This document shows positions 1 to 9,839 of a stretch of 64,000 bases of DNA, piece after piece. The stretch spans positions 37,927 through 101,926 of the forward strand of contig JAUIIM010000002.1 of the NCBI GenBank assembly GCA_030431785.1. Reading direction: 5' to 3'. Position 1 is the stretch's first letter. Each line of letters begins with the position of its first letter. The position numbers were made by a program, and so were the translations under genes. This DNA is from Acidimicrobiia bacterium (GTDB lineage Bacteria > Actinomycetota > Acidimicrobiia > Spongiisociales > UBA5794). The notes below the pieces were generated by a model. That model was not told the DNA's origin, did no database searches, and was given only the letters and a program-made list of their open reading frames with translations.

Positions 1-1970
1 ACCTCGTCGCGGAGACGAGCGGCATACTCGAACCGCAGCTCGGATGCGGCCTCGTTCATCTCATCCTCGAGACTCTGGATGAGTCGACGGAGATCGGGAG
101 TCGTGAGGTTCAGGGGCTCCCGTCGACGCAACTCGCTGGCTCGTCGATCGCCCGCAGGGCTGTCCGACGACGCAACCAATTCCAGGATGTCCGACACCTT
201 CTTGCGGATCGTCTGCGGATCGATCCCGTGTTCCTCGTTGTACTCGAGCTGGCGTTGTCGACGTCGGTTCGTCTCGCTGATGGCCGAACGCATCGAGTCC
301 GTGACCTCGTCGGCGTACATGATCACGGAACCGTCCACGTTGCGTGCAGCACGTCCGATCGTCTGGATCAGACTCGTCCCCGAGCGGAGGAACCCCTCCT
401 TGTCCGCATCGAGGATGGCGACGAGTGCAACCTCAGGGAGGTCGAGGCCCTCTCGCAGCAGGTTGACCCCGATGAGTACGTCGTACTCACCGAGCCGCAG
501 GTCACGGAGGATCTGTACGCGCTCGAGCGTGTCGATGTCGCTGTGGAGATATCGCGCCCGCGTCCCCAACTCCAGTAGATAGTCGCTCAGGTCTTCGGCC
601 ATCTTCTTCGTCAAGGTCGTCACGAGGACACGCTGATCTGCCTCGGCTGCCGCCTGGATCTCCCCGACGAGATCATCGATCTGGCCCTTCGTCGGTCGCA
701 CGATCACCTCGGGGTCCACCAAACCGGTTGGCCGGATGATCTGCTCGACGACCTGCTCAGACTCGCGGATTTCCCATTTGCTCGGAGTCGCCGACAGCAG
801 GACCGCTTGGTTCACCCGCGAGTACCACTCGTCGAATGTCAGTGGCCGGTTGTCGAGCGCCGAAGGCAACCGGAACCCGTGTTCGATGAGTACGTCCTTG
901 CGCGACTTGTCCCCCGCGTACTGACCGTTGATCTGCGGCACGGTCACGTGACTCTCGTCGAGCACCATCAAGAAGTCGTCAGGGAAGTAGTCGAGCAACG
1001 TGAACGGCGCCTCGCCGGGCGTGCGTCCGTCCAGGTACCTTGAGTAGTTCTCGATACCGGAGCAATACCCGACTTCGCGCATCATCTCGATGTCGTAGTG
1101 CGTCCGCATCCTGAGACGTTGCGCCTCGAGCATCTTGCCGGACGCCTCCAACTCGGCCAGGTGGGTCTCGAGCTCCGCCTCGATCCCGGTGATCGCACGT
1201 TCGAGGATCTCCCCGGAGGTCACGTAGTGCGTCGCCGGGTAGACGAAGACCTCGCTCATCTCCTCGATCACCTCACCGGTGATGGGGTTCATCCTGCTGA
1301 TCCGCTCTACCTCATCCCCCCAATACTCGACCCGTACGATGGTCTCGTCGTAGGTAGGGAACACTTCGAGTGTGTCTCCCTTGACACGGAATGTCCCTCG
1401 GGTCAGGTTGATCTCGTTCCGGTCGTACTGCACGTTGACGAGGCGTTTGATTGCCTCGTCCAGCGCAAACTCCACACCCGTAACCAGCCGGAGGAGTTGT
1501 CCTTCATAGTGCTCCGGTGAACCGAGTCCGTAGATCGCTGACACCGAGGCGACGATGATGACATCGCGTCTCGTAAGCAGCGCCGCGGTCGCGGCGTGTC
1601 GCAGCCGATCGATCTCGTCGTTGACCGTCGATTCCTTCTCGATGTACGTGTCCGTCTGTGCGATGTACGCCTCGGGCTGGTAGTAGTCGTAGTAGGAGAC
1701 GAAGTACTCGACACGGTTGTTCGGGAAGAATTGTCGATACTCATTGGCGAGCTGCGCAGCCAAGGCCTTGTTCGGCGCAAGCACCAGTGTCGGCTTCTGT
1801 ACCTGCTCGATCGTCCACGCGATCGTGGCCGACTTCCCCGAACCGGTGATCCCCAGCAGCGTCTGGAACCGGTCGCCGCGTTCGATCCCTTCGACCAAGC
1901 GGCTGATCGCCTCGGGTTGATCACCGCTCGGCTGGAAATCGCTGACGACTTCGAATGGGACGTACTTCAC
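1..1970 (-). CDS. uvrB: excinuclease ABC subunit B (UvrB), C-terminal end cut by window edge
   Basis: Not in the ORF track because it runs off the left edge. Manual minus-strand translation from GTG at 1970 gives [37 protein letters not shown] (Walker A)..[15 protein letters not shown]. Near the edge it gives [36 protein letters not shown] (UVR region). Codon phase at both ends agrees. Confidence 0.92.
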   Translation of the reverse strand, partial: MKYVPFEVVSDFQPSGDQPEAISRLVEGIERGDRFQTLLGITGSGKSATIAWTIEQVQKPTLVLAPNKALAAQLANEYRQFFPNNRVEYFVSYYDYYQPEAYIAQTDTYIEKESTVNDEIDRLRHAATAALLTRRDVIIVASVSAIYGLGSPEHYEGQLLRLVTGVEFALDEAIKRLVNVQYDRNEINLTRGTFRVKGDTLEVFPTYDETIVRVEYWGDEVERISRMNPITGEVIEEMSEVFVYPATHYVTSGEILERAITGIEAELETHLAELEASGKMLEAQRLRMRTHYDIEMMREVGYCSGIENYSRYLDGRTPGEAPFTLLDYFPDDFLMVLDESHVTVPQINGQYAGDKSRKDVLIEHGFRLPSALDNRPLTFDEWYSRVNQAVLLSATPSKWEIRESEQVVEQIIRPTGLVDPEVIVRPTKGQIDDLVGEIQAAAEADQRVLVTTLTKKMAEDLSDYLLELGTRARYLHSDIDTLERVQILRDLRLGEYDVLIGVNLLREGLDLPEVALVAILDADKEGFLRSGTSLIQTIGRAARNVDGSVIMYADEVTDSMRSAISETNRRRQRQLEYNEEHGIDPQTIRKKVSDILELVASSDSPAGDRRASELRRREPLNLTTPDLRRLIQSLEDEMNEAASELRFEYAARLRDE

Positions 1971-2554
1971 AGGGACAGCTCTCGTGCGAGCGCTCTGACC
2001 TGATCACGGAGATCGGACAGCGAGCCTGTGTTCTCGATGACCGCATCAGCCCAGTCCCTCCAGAGGTCGTCATCAGCCTGGGTTCCCACCCGTGCGCGGA
2101 CGTCCGACTCGATACCACCCCTGGCAACGGCCCGTTGCACACGTTCCTCGCTTGGTGCGACCACGGCGATGCGGTACCAGCCGTCGTCGAACATACCGAT
2201 GACCGGAACCTCGACGGCCACCCATGCTGACCCGGCCGCTGCACTCTGACGTTCGATGTCGGCGCGAATACCCGGATGCGTGATGGCCTCGAGCGCATGG
2301 AGCTCACCAGGATCGGTGAACACGATCGCGGCGAGGGCAGGGCGAGAGACGATGCCGCCGTCAGCAACCTCGGGCCAGCGCTCGATCACTGCATCCTTTA
2401 CCGGTCCCGCCTCAGCCAACAGCCGATGACCGACACGATCCGCTTCGATCACCTGGTAGCCGGCTTCCTCGAGGGCACGAAGTACGGTCGACTTGCCCGC
2501 CCCGATTCCTCCACCGACGAGGACCCGTCTACCTTGGTTGCCACGATCTCGCAT
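1967..2554 (-). CDS. coaE: dephospho-CoA kinase
   Basis: Lies in ORF 1967..2602 with P-loop [12 protein letters not shown] prefer the ATG at 2554 ([16 protein letters not shown]) because a 2602 start would overlap the divergent kinase gene. Its stop overlaps the uvrB GTG start (GTGA). Confidence 0.85.
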   Translation of the reverse strand: MRDRGNQGRRVLVGGGIGAGKSTVLRALEEAGYQVIEADRVGHRLLAEAGPVKDAVIERWPEVADGGIVSRPALAAIVFTDPGELHALEAITHPGIRADIERQSAAAGSAWVAVEVPVIGMFDDGWYRIAVVAPSEERVQRAVARGGIESDVRARVGTQADDDLWRDWADAVIENTGSLSDLRDQVRALARELSL

Positions 2555-2577
2555 GGGTTGGACTGTACTCTGCGCCT

Positions 2578-4077
2578 GTGACAGGACGACAGGCGTGGAC
2601 ACGACGGCTCACGATCGCTTCGTATGCGATCCACATCTTTGCGCTCGTCACCGCTGTCATCGCATCAGGTATCCCGAATGGCTTCGACGCATCAGCGATC
2701 ATCGGGGCTGCCATCGCATCGGTCGGGGTCGCCGTCTCGTTCCTCGCCCGACTCCCCTTCCCGACGCGCTCGACCCGCGAGGTCGTGGTGCTGGCTACCT
2801 CCGTCTCCACCTATTCGATCGCTTGCGGTCTGACGGGTGGATTCGCCAGCGCTTTTGCCATCCTCCCGGTCGCCACGATCTTCTTGGCAGCAATAGGTGC
2901 TGGCATGACCGCTGCACTCCCAACGGCTCTCCTGTCGATCCTCGGCGTCACCGTCGCATCCATGGCAGGCGGCGATGCGGAGCTGACCGGTTCGACCATT
3001 CGGATCTCTGCGTTCTACCTCCTCACCGCCCTGGCATTCGGAGAGGTGCGGAGAGCCTTGTTCGAGCAAACGACGAACCCCGATGCCGTCGCAGCAGCCG
3101 ATGCAAGTGAGACACGGCTCGCAAGTCTGGAGACGACGCACGAGCTGCTGGAGGGTTTGGTCCGTGTTGCCACGTCGCCGGACATCAATGCGGTCGCCTC
3201 CGCCCAGGATGCGATCCGCGACGCCCAGCTCATCGCACCGAGCGACGCTGCGATCCTCCGGACGAGGAACGGGACCGTATTGGCGCGACGCGGCGACCCG
3301 AACACTGCTACGCCGACCACCGTCATCATGACCGGTGGCGAAGACCTAGGGATCGAACTCACCCTGTGGCCCTCATCAGGAGCGATCACCGACGACCAGC
3401 GCGAGATGCTCGCCGATGCGCTCACCCCGGTCCAGCTTGCGATCGAGAACGACGAGATGGTCTCGACCCTTGCTGGCGTAGCCGTCCAACGGGAGCGGGT
3501 GCGCCTCGCTCGCGAACTCCACGACGACGTAGCCCCGAGCGTCGCAAGTGTGGGACTCACCCTCGACATGCTCATCGCTTCCGGGCAACTCGACTCCGAA
3601 CAGCAACGCAACATCGAGGCCACCCGGACGAACGTCACCCGGCTGGTGGATCGGATCCGGGCACAGGTGCAGGACCTCCGAGCCGACCGCTCTGGGTCCC
3701 TGACCGAGCATGCGCACTCCCTCGTCGCTGAAGTCGACGCCGACGGGCCAAGCGTGATCGTCAGTCTCGACGAACGGGTACCGCCCCGCCCTGCAGTCGC
3801 CGACGAGCTTCGGTCCATGATCACCGAGGCCTTCCGGAACGCCATCAACCATGCCGAGGCGACATCGATTCGGATCGAGGGCTCGATCGATGAAGACGGG
3901 GGCTCGGTACGGGTGATCGACAACGGACGAGGGTTCGACACCACGACACAGCCAACGGGCCACTTCGGGATCCCAGGCATGCAAGAGCGTGCGGGCCTGA
4001 TCGGTGCGACCATAGACGTCACGAGCAAGATCTCCGACGGTACGATCGTCGCAATCAACTGGAGGTACCCGGTTTGA
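2578..4077 (+). CDS. sensor histidine kinase, NarL/HisKA_3 type, multi-TM N-terminus
   Basis: ORF track. The first ~170 aa are hydrophobic. H-box ARELHDDVAPSV, N-box FRNAINHAEA, G-box DNGRGF, GIPGMQERA. GTG start, exact start uncertain. Confidence 0.85.
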   Translation: MTGRQAWTRRLTIASYAIHIFALVTAVIASGIPNGFDASAIIGAAIASVGVAVSFLARLPFPTRSTREVVVLATSVSTYSIACGLTGGFASAFAILPVATIFLAAIGAGMTAALPTALLSILGVTVASMAGGDAELTGSTIRISAFYLLTALAFGEVRRALFEQTTNPDAVAAADASETRLASLETTHELLEGLVRVATSPDINAVASAQDAIRDAQLIAPSDAAILRTRNGTVLARRGDPNTATPTTVIMTGGEDLGIELTLWPSSGAITDDQREMLADALTPVQLAIENDEMVSTLAGVAVQRERVRLARELHDDVAPSVASVGLTLDMLIASGQLDSEQQRNIEATRTNVTRLVDRIRAQVQDLRADRSGSLTEHAHSLVAEVDADGPSVIVSLDERVPPRPAVADELRSMITEAFRNAINHAEATSIRIEGSIDEDGGSVRVIDNGRGFDTTTQPTGHFGIPGMQERAGLIGATIDVTSKISDGTIVAINWRYPV

Positions 4078-4718
4078 ACCACGCCATCCGTGTCGCCATC
4101 GCCGACGATCACCAGATCCTTCTCGACGGACTCGAACAGGCTCTCGACTCGCTCCCGGACATCCAGGTCGTCGCTACCGCCTCAAACGGGGCAGAGCTCA
4201 CGGATGTCGTCGCCCGCTTTGAACCCGATGTGCTGCTCGTCGACGTCGAGATGCCCGGTTCGTCCGGTATCTCGACGATCAGCGCTATCGATTCGCTTCC
4301 TCCGACGATCGTCGTCACCATGCACACCGCCGACGAGTACGCATCTGCGGCGAAGGACGCCGGCGCCGTCGGGTTCCTGTCGAAAGGCGCACCCCTTCCG
4401 CAACTCGCCGCCGCCGTGCGGGCTGTCCGCAACGGCGTGAACCTCTTCGAATCGGAAGATCTGGCAGCGACCCTCGACGAGTACCGGCTGCCGACCCTCA
4501 CGAAGGCTGCCGATTCGATCACCGACCGCGAACGCGACGTCCTCAAGTGCCTGGTCCAAGGGATCAGCAGAACCGAAGACATTGCGGACGAGCTCTACAT
4601 CTCGCAAAAGACGGTCAAGAACCATCTCGCCTCGATCTATGAGAAGCTCGGGGTCAACGATCGCGCCCAAGTCGTCGTCGAAGCCATGAAACTCGGCCTC
4701 GACCGCGACTGGGAGTAG
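4074..4718 (+). CDS. response regulator, NarL/LuxR family (REC + LuxR HTH)
   Basis: VAIADDHQILLDGL, DVLLVDVEMPG and C-terminal LTDRERDVLKCLVQGISRTEDIADELYISQKTVKNHLASIYEKLGV. TTG start overlaps the kinase stop (TTGA). Confidence 0.9.
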   Translation: MNHAIRVAIADDHQILLDGLEQALDSLPDIQVVATASNGAELTDVVARFEPDVLLVDVEMPGSSGISTISAIDSLPPTIVVTMHTADEYASAAKDAGAVGFLSKGAPLPQLAAAVRAVRNGVNLFESEDLAATLDEYRLPTLTKAADSITDRERDVLKCLVQGISRTEDIADELYISQKTVKNHLASIYEKLGVNDRAQVVVEAMKLGLDRDWE

Positions 4719-4827
4719 CGACCGGCCATCGACCCGGAAATCCGCGAATAGGTCGAACGACCCCTAAAGATTCTGGTCCGGATGCCGTACATTGAGTCAC
4801 GGATCGCCTTGTATAGGAGGAAAAGAA

Positions 4828-4998
4828 ATGCTTCGTCTGTGGACCGCCTTCCAGGCATACGTTCAGCGCGAAGAGGGTGCCAGCATGGTGGAATACGCCT
4901 TGCTCGTCGCACTGATCGCAATCGTGGCCATCGTGGCCGTCACGCTCGTCGGTACTTCCGTCAGCGAAGAGTTCCAGTCGATTTCCGACACGCTCTAG
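4828..4998 (+). CDS. flp: Flp family type IVb pilin precursor
   Basis: ORF 4792..4998. AGGAGG at 4815-4820 lies 7 nt before the ATG at 4828. Flp processing motif G/ASMVEY followed by hydrophobic ALLVALIAIVAIVAV. Confidence 0.85.
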   Translation: MLRLWTAFQAYVQREEGASMVEYALLVALIAIVAIVAVTLVGTSVSEEFQSISDTL

Positions 4999-5022
4999 TC
5001 CACGACCACACATCTACTCGCA

Positions 5023-5052
5023 CGAAGGGAGTCGGTTCGCCGGCTCCCTTCG
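5023..5052. terminator. 13-bp stem / UUCG-loop hairpin between convergent flp and membrane-protein genes
   Basis: CGAAGGGAGTCGG-TTCG-CCGGCTCCCTTCG. All 13 positions pair (one G-U). It sits 25 nt after the flp stop and could work in both directions. Confidence 0.6.
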
Positions 5053-5115
5053 TCGTTGTGGAACGAAGACATGGAGAACCTCCCAACGTCTGGCGCCGAG
5101 CGGCTGGGGCAGGAC

Positions 5116-6489
5116 TCAGGTTCCCGGGGCGTAGAAGAGGGTGAAGTATTCCGTCTCGTTGGCGATCGTCCACCCGTCCTCGACCAGACGCTCCATGAGC
5201 GGCCAGTCCGGCTGCACGAGTGCACTGTCGAAGTCATACTCGGCGAAGACGTCCGTATAGGTCCCGGCAACCGCATCGGCGAACTGCTCGAGGCGCTCCA
5301 CTCCATACAGCTCGGCGCGGTCATCGATCCAGACCAATCGCTCCGGATACTCGCGGTAGATCAGATAGCCACCGACGGCGGTGTCGTAGAACGTGTTTCT
5401 CCCTCCCATGGCAGCACGCGTCGCCGTGTCGGGGAATCGCTCGGGAAGCAACGTTCCGTTCGCCGCACTCACCATCGGAAACAGCGCCATGACGGCGACG
5501 AGCGCCACCGCGACCTTCGGAATCAGTGAGCTTCCGGACGCCTTCGGCACCCGAATCGGTGGGATCGCAGCAGCTGCGTACGGAAGCAGCACGATGGTCG
5601 CCGGCACCACGGTGCGTCTGCTCGTCACACCGAGGAAGAGGAACGGGACGATGACCCACAAGTCTCGCGGTCGCAGAGCACCCCGCATGCCCGCGACGAC
5701 GAGGCCGACCACAACGACCACGTACGGCATCTGTGCGGGGGAACCAAAGTCGGGAACCTTCCACTCCTGCATCAACGCAAGCGCATCCTGGGCACCTAGG
5801 AAATCCACGACGACACCCCACGTTCCCAGGCCGTGCGGGGTCGCCAGGGATGCAACGAGTGACAAGACACCCACCATGAACAGCCGTCGGTCCATCGTGC
5901 GTAGCCAATGGAGGACGATGATGAGGCCGCCGATGATCCAGCTCCCGTGGACCCCTGCCCACACCCACATGATCGGGACCACGAGCCAGAGTAGGTCGTC
6001 ACGGTTCTGGAACACCACGACGAGGGCAGCGAGCAGCACGAACGAGAGGATCACAGGACGCGGTTGGAGGAACGGTCCGTAGAGCCATACCGCCCCCACG
6101 AGGACGAGGGCCGTCGAGACGGGGGAAGGTGAACGCCGGTACACGGCAAGCCCCGAGAAGAGCAACAACGCGATGGAGCAACCGAAGACGAACCAGTTGG
6201 CCCACCCCAGCCCCGAAAACCACTGCTCAGCCTGTGCGTAGCCCAGCTCGGCGAGCCATGACTGTGTGCGCCAAGAGGCCCCGAGTTCGGTGAAGGAGAA
6301 GATGTCGTGATCGAGTACGCGACCGAGGTCCGCTTGGACGGCTCCGGCACGGATGTGCCAGAGGAACGAGTTGTCGCGAATCGCACCCGATGCGAGGAAC
6401 GCGACTAGGAACACCGGTACGACGGGGAGGGCATGCACGATGCGGAGACGTGACGCCGACGATGCCCGCGACGGCCGACCGACAGTCAT
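5116..6489 (-). CDS. polytopic membrane protein, GT-C-glycosyltransferase-like (hypothetical)
   Basis: 457-aa ORF with ~10 hydrophobic segments, an early loop containing a DHD..FSF acidic motif, and a soluble C-terminal ~110 aa. Its ATG lies 3 nt after the tadC stop. Family assignment is by architecture only. Confidence 0.6.
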   Translation of the reverse strand: MTVGRPSRASSASRLRIVHALPVVPVFLVAFLASGAIRDNSFLWHIRAGAVQADLGRVLDHDIFSFTELGASWRTQSWLAELGYAQAEQWFSGLGWANWFVFGCSIALLLFSGLAVYRRSPSPVSTALVLVGAVWLYGPFLQPRPVILSFVLLAALVVVFQNRDDLLWLVVPIMWVWAGVHGSWIIGGLIIVLHWLRTMDRRLFMVGVLSLVASLATPHGLGTWGVVVDFLGAQDALALMQEWKVPDFGSPAQMPYVVVVVGLVVAGMRGALRPRDLWVIVPFLFLGVTSRRTVVPATIVLLPYAAAAIPPIRVPKASGSSLIPKVAVALVAVMALFPMVSAANGTLLPERFPDTATRAAMGGRNTFYDTAVGGYLIYREYPERLVWIDDRAELYGVERLEQFADAVAGTYTDVFAEYDFDSALVQPDWPLMERLVEDGWTIANETEYFTLFYAPGT

Positions 6490-6492
6490 GCG

Positions 6493-7398
6493 CTACAGCA
6501 GGGTGTTCGAGATGTTGATGGCGGCGGGACCGAGGATGACGATGAAGATCGACGGGAAGATGCAGATGAGCATCGGGAAGATCATCTTCACCGGTGCCGC
6601 GAATGCCTTCTCTTGGATGCGCTGACGGCGACGAACACGCATCTCCTCCGCTTGTACGCGGAGCATCCGTGCGATCGACACACCGAACTGATCGGCTTGG
6701 ATCAGCGACAGGATGAACGAGTTGAGGTCATCGACATCCGTGCGTTCCGCCATGTTCCTCAGTGCTTCATGGCGGGACACACCGACACGCGTCTCGGACA
6801 GCATCCGCTTGAACTCGGTTGCCAGTTCGCCGGGAACGGTCTGTACGACTCGACCCATCGCCGACTCGAACCCGAGACCGGCTTCCACCGAGATCACGAG
6901 CAGGTCGATGATGTCAGGAAGCTCCTTCTCCATCGTGGCCCGGCGGTCATCGATGGCTCGACTGAGGATTGCCTCGGGACCGAAGAATCCCATGACGAGC
7001 AACAGACCGCCTACCGCAAACTTCAACATCGGTCCGTTCACGAGCGGTGTGACGAAGAACACCGCTACGACGCCGACGACGAGTGAGATGATACGGATCG
7101 CGGCCCAGGTGTTCCCGTCCATGCGGTCGGACCATCCCGCCCACACGATCTTCTTCTGCGCTCGCTCAACCCATCCGACGGGCGTGAAACGCAACGCAAA
7201 CCGGCCGAGCCCGGAGACGACCGGGGCGACGGCACGGGTCGAGAAGTCCTCCTGGAGCTTGTCCTCGCGGGAGCTCAGGCTTGCGACACGGGCACCGGAA
7301 CGGTTCCTTTGGGAACGGACGACACCGTTGCCGATGTACACGGCAAGCGCACCAACGGTGATCGAGACGGCAAGGACGGCGAAGAGCAAAGGATCCAT
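6493..7398 (-). CDS. tadC: type II secretion system F-family protein (TadC)
   Basis: ORF track. T2SSF-like core (ELPDIIDLLVISVEAGLGFESAM) with flanking TM segments, located after tadB. Confidence 0.8.
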   Translation of the reverse strand: MDPLLFAVLAVSITVGALAVYIGNGVVRSQRNRSGARVASLSSREDKLQEDFSTRAVAPVVSGLGRFALRFTPVGWVERAQKKIVWAGWSDRMDGNTWAAIRIISLVVGVVAVFFVTPLVNGPMLKFAVGGLLLVMGFFGPEAILSRAIDDRRATMEKELPDIIDLLVISVEAGLGFESAMGRVVQTVPGELATEFKRMLSETRVGVSRHEALRNMAERTDVDDLNSFILSLIQADQFGVSIARMLRVQAEEMRVRRRQRIQEKAFAAPVKMIFPMLICIFPSIFIVILGPAAINISNTLL

Positions 7399-8459
7399 CA
7401 GGCATCCACCTGCACGATCTTCTGCATCCAGAAGATGCCAACGAGGATGAACACACCGCCTCCGATCAGCAGCCCGATACCTACACCGGTCGTGATCAAC
7501 GGTTCGACGTATCCGGGATTCGTCGCCCAGATGAATGCAAACAAGAAGAGCGGCATGATCGACAGGACGATTGCTGAGATACGGCCCTCAGCTGTCAATG
7601 CTTTCATCTCTCGACGAAGTCGGTTCCGCATCACCATCGTCTCGGCGGTCGTTTGGAGTACCTCGGCGAGGTTACCGCCGACCTCCCGCTGGATGTTGAT
7701 GGCGAGTACGGTCCATTCGAAGTCCTGCGACGACATCCGAATTGCGATGTCGTTCATGGCATCATCGATGCTCTTCCCGAGTCGGATCTCGGCGATGGCG
7801 CGACCGAACTCGCGACGGGTCGGCTCTGGTGCTTCCTCACCGACGGCCTCGACTGCTTGGAGCAGCGAGTAGCCGGCGCGAAGGGACGTGGCGATCAGGT
7901 TGAGGGTGTCGGGAAGCTGGTCCTCAAACTTCTTCCGCTGTCGGGCGGCGACCTGGTTCACGAACATCAATGCACCCAACAGGACGATGAAGCCAGCGAT
8001 TGCTCCCCAGAGGAGCGAGCGCGTGAGCGCCGTGACCACGAGTCCGAACAGGATCGCCAAGGCGAGTGCGGCGATGATCGCTTCACCCGATTTCAGTGGC
8101 AGGTCGGCTGTTTCGAGCGCTGCTTCGATCTTGTTCGTTGCTCCACGCTTCTCCGCTGCGGATTCCGCAGAACGCGCAGCTCGACGGAGAAAACGGAACT
8201 TGGCGAAGAGTCCGCTCGATCCATCGGCCTCTGCGGAATAGGTCGTCAACCGAGTGTTGATGGATGCTTCCGTCCTCGATCGAGTCGACCCGAAGAGGAT
8301 GATGAAGAGCAAGAAGACCGCGATTGCAGCACCGAGTGATGCCAGTAGCACCAGCATCGATCCCGACGACGAGGCCGCCGTCTCCGAGGTCTGCGCGAGG
8401 GCGGGGCTGGCCGTGAGGACCAGCATCATGACGCCCAGGAGTACGGTGAGACGCTTCAT
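7398..8459 (-). CDS. tadB: type II secretion system F-family protein (TadB) with N-terminal signal/extension
   Basis: Signal-like MKRLTVLLGVMMLVLTASPALA. T2SSF core QLPDTLNLIATSLRAGYSLLQAV. Start overlaps the tadA stop (ATGA); stop overlaps the tadC start by 1 nt. Confidence 0.8.
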   Translation of the reverse strand: MKRLTVLLGVMMLVLTASPALAQTSETAASSSGSMLVLLASLGAAIAVFLLFIILFGSTRSRTEASINTRLTTYSAEADGSSGLFAKFRFLRRAARSAESAAEKRGATNKIEAALETADLPLKSGEAIIAALALAILFGLVVTALTRSLLWGAIAGFIVLLGALMFVNQVAARQRKKFEDQLPDTLNLIATSLRAGYSLLQAVEAVGEEAPEPTRREFGRAIAEIRLGKSIDDAMNDIAIRMSSQDFEWTVLAINIQREVGGNLAEVLQTTAETMVMRNRLRREMKALTAEGRISAIVLSIMPLFLFAFIWATNPGYVEPLITTGVGIGLLIGGGVFILVGIFWMQKIVQVDA

Positions 8460-9805
8460 CGCTGTGCAAACGGTTCCGGATGGAAGATCTCAGCCGGCAG
8501 ATGGATTCCGTAGTTCTCGAGATGATCGGAGAACGAAGGACGGATCCCGGTTGCCTTCAGGCGACCCTTGTACTTGCCGTTGTCGTCGAAGCCCATGCCG
8601 TAGTCGAAGAGCATCAGGTCCTGGAGCGTGATGATGTCACCCTCCATGCCGACAACCTCCGTCACGTGGGTGATACGCCGAGTTCCGTCACGCAGACGGT
8701 GGACATGAACGATGAGATCGAGTGCGGACGCAACCTGCTCACGGATTGCACGGACCGGAAGGTCCATTCCTGCCATCAACACCATCGTCTCGATACGAGC
8801 GAGGGTGTCGCGAGGAGCGTTGGAGTGAACGGTCGTAAGTGATCCGTCGTGACCGGTGTTCATGGCCTGGAGCATGTCCAACGCCTCACCGCCACGGACC
8901 TCACCGACGATGATTCGATCGGGACGCATACGCAGGGTGTTCCGCACGAGGTCACGGATGGTCACCTGGCCGGTTCCCTCGATGTTCGCCGGACGGGACT
9001 CGAGCGTGAGGACGTGCGTCTGGTTCAGCTGGACCTCGGCAGCGTCCTCCACGGTGATGATGCGCTCATCGGCCGGGATGAAGTTCGAAAGTACGTTGAG
9101 GAGCGTCGTCTTACCGGAACCTGTGGATCCGGAGACGATGACGTTCAACCGGCCTTCGACACATCGCTTGAGCAGACTGGCGACTTGCTCGCTCATCGTG
9201 TTGTTGGCGACGAGGTCATCAACGGTGAATGGATCGACGGCGAACTTACGAATCGTGACGAACGGTCCGCCGATCGCCAGCGGGTGGATGATGGCGTTGA
9301 CGCGGGATCCGTCGGGAAGACGTGCATCGACCATCGGCGTGGACTCGTCGATACGACGGCCGACCTGCCCGACGATCTTTTCGATGATGCGCTCGAGGTG
9401 GTTCGCATCGACGAATCGGGTGTCCGTCTTCGTGAGGCGTCCTCCGCGCTCTACCCAAACGGAGTGGGGTCCGTTGACCATCACCTCGGTGACGGCCGGG
9501 TCTGCGAGATACGGGTCGATCGGACCGTACCCGAGGACATCGTCCGCGATCTCCTGGAGGAGCGCCATACGATCGGCACGAGCCAGCGGAACGGACTGTT
9601 CCTGCTCGAGTGCCCATTCGAGCATCTCCATGACGCGGAGCTTCAGCTCTGCGTCGGACATCTGTGCACTGTAGAGCGTCGGTCCGAGACCCTCGACCAC
9701 CTTGTAGTGCAGCTTCCGACGGAGATCCTGCTTGACCTCGGTCTTCTGACCTGCGCCTACGTCTTCGGTGTCGCGGGCTGCTTTTACCCTATCGGCAAGT
9801 GACAT
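8456..9805 (-). CDS. tadA: CpaF/TadA family pilus assembly ATPase
   Basis: Walker A GSTGSGKTTLLN, Walker B/Asp box IITVEDAAE and His box GHDGSLTTVHSN. Typical VirB11/CpaF length. Confidence 0.93.
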   Translation of the reverse strand: MSLADRVKAARDTEDVGAGQKTEVKQDLRRKLHYKVVEGLGPTLYSAQMSDAELKLRVMEMLEWALEQEQSVPLARADRMALLQEIADDVLGYGPIDPYLADPAVTEVMVNGPHSVWVERGGRLTKTDTRFVDANHLERIIEKIVGQVGRRIDESTPMVDARLPDGSRVNAIIHPLAIGGPFVTIRKFAVDPFTVDDLVANNTMSEQVASLLKRCVEGRLNVIVSGSTGSGKTTLLNVLSNFIPADERIITVEDAAEVQLNQTHVLTLESRPANIEGTGQVTIRDLVRNTLRMRPDRIIVGEVRGGEALDMLQAMNTGHDGSLTTVHSNAPRDTLARIETMVLMAGMDLPVRAIREQVASALDLIVHVHRLRDGTRRITHVTEVVGMEGDIITLQDLMLFDYGMGFDDNGKYKGRLKATGIRPSFSDHLENYGIHLPAEIFHPEPFAQR

Positions 9806-9839
9806 CGGCTCTCCCTCCGTATGCGGTCACCGGGTGCTC

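Noticed and set aside
79-1924. Track ORFs on both strands over 79-2003 (for example 79..582 +, 1098..1520 +, 1403..1924 -, 1596..2003 +)
   Set aside because: All lie inside or antisense to the uvrB reading frame, which I could translate continuously. Their products are Arg/Ser/Pro-rich with no motifs, as expected for shadow ORFs in high-GC DNA.
3015-4112. 365-aa minus-strand ORF antisense to the histidine kinase
   Set aside because: It has low-complexity Ser/Arg/Ala composition and no motifs. The opposite strand carries clear H, N and G boxes.
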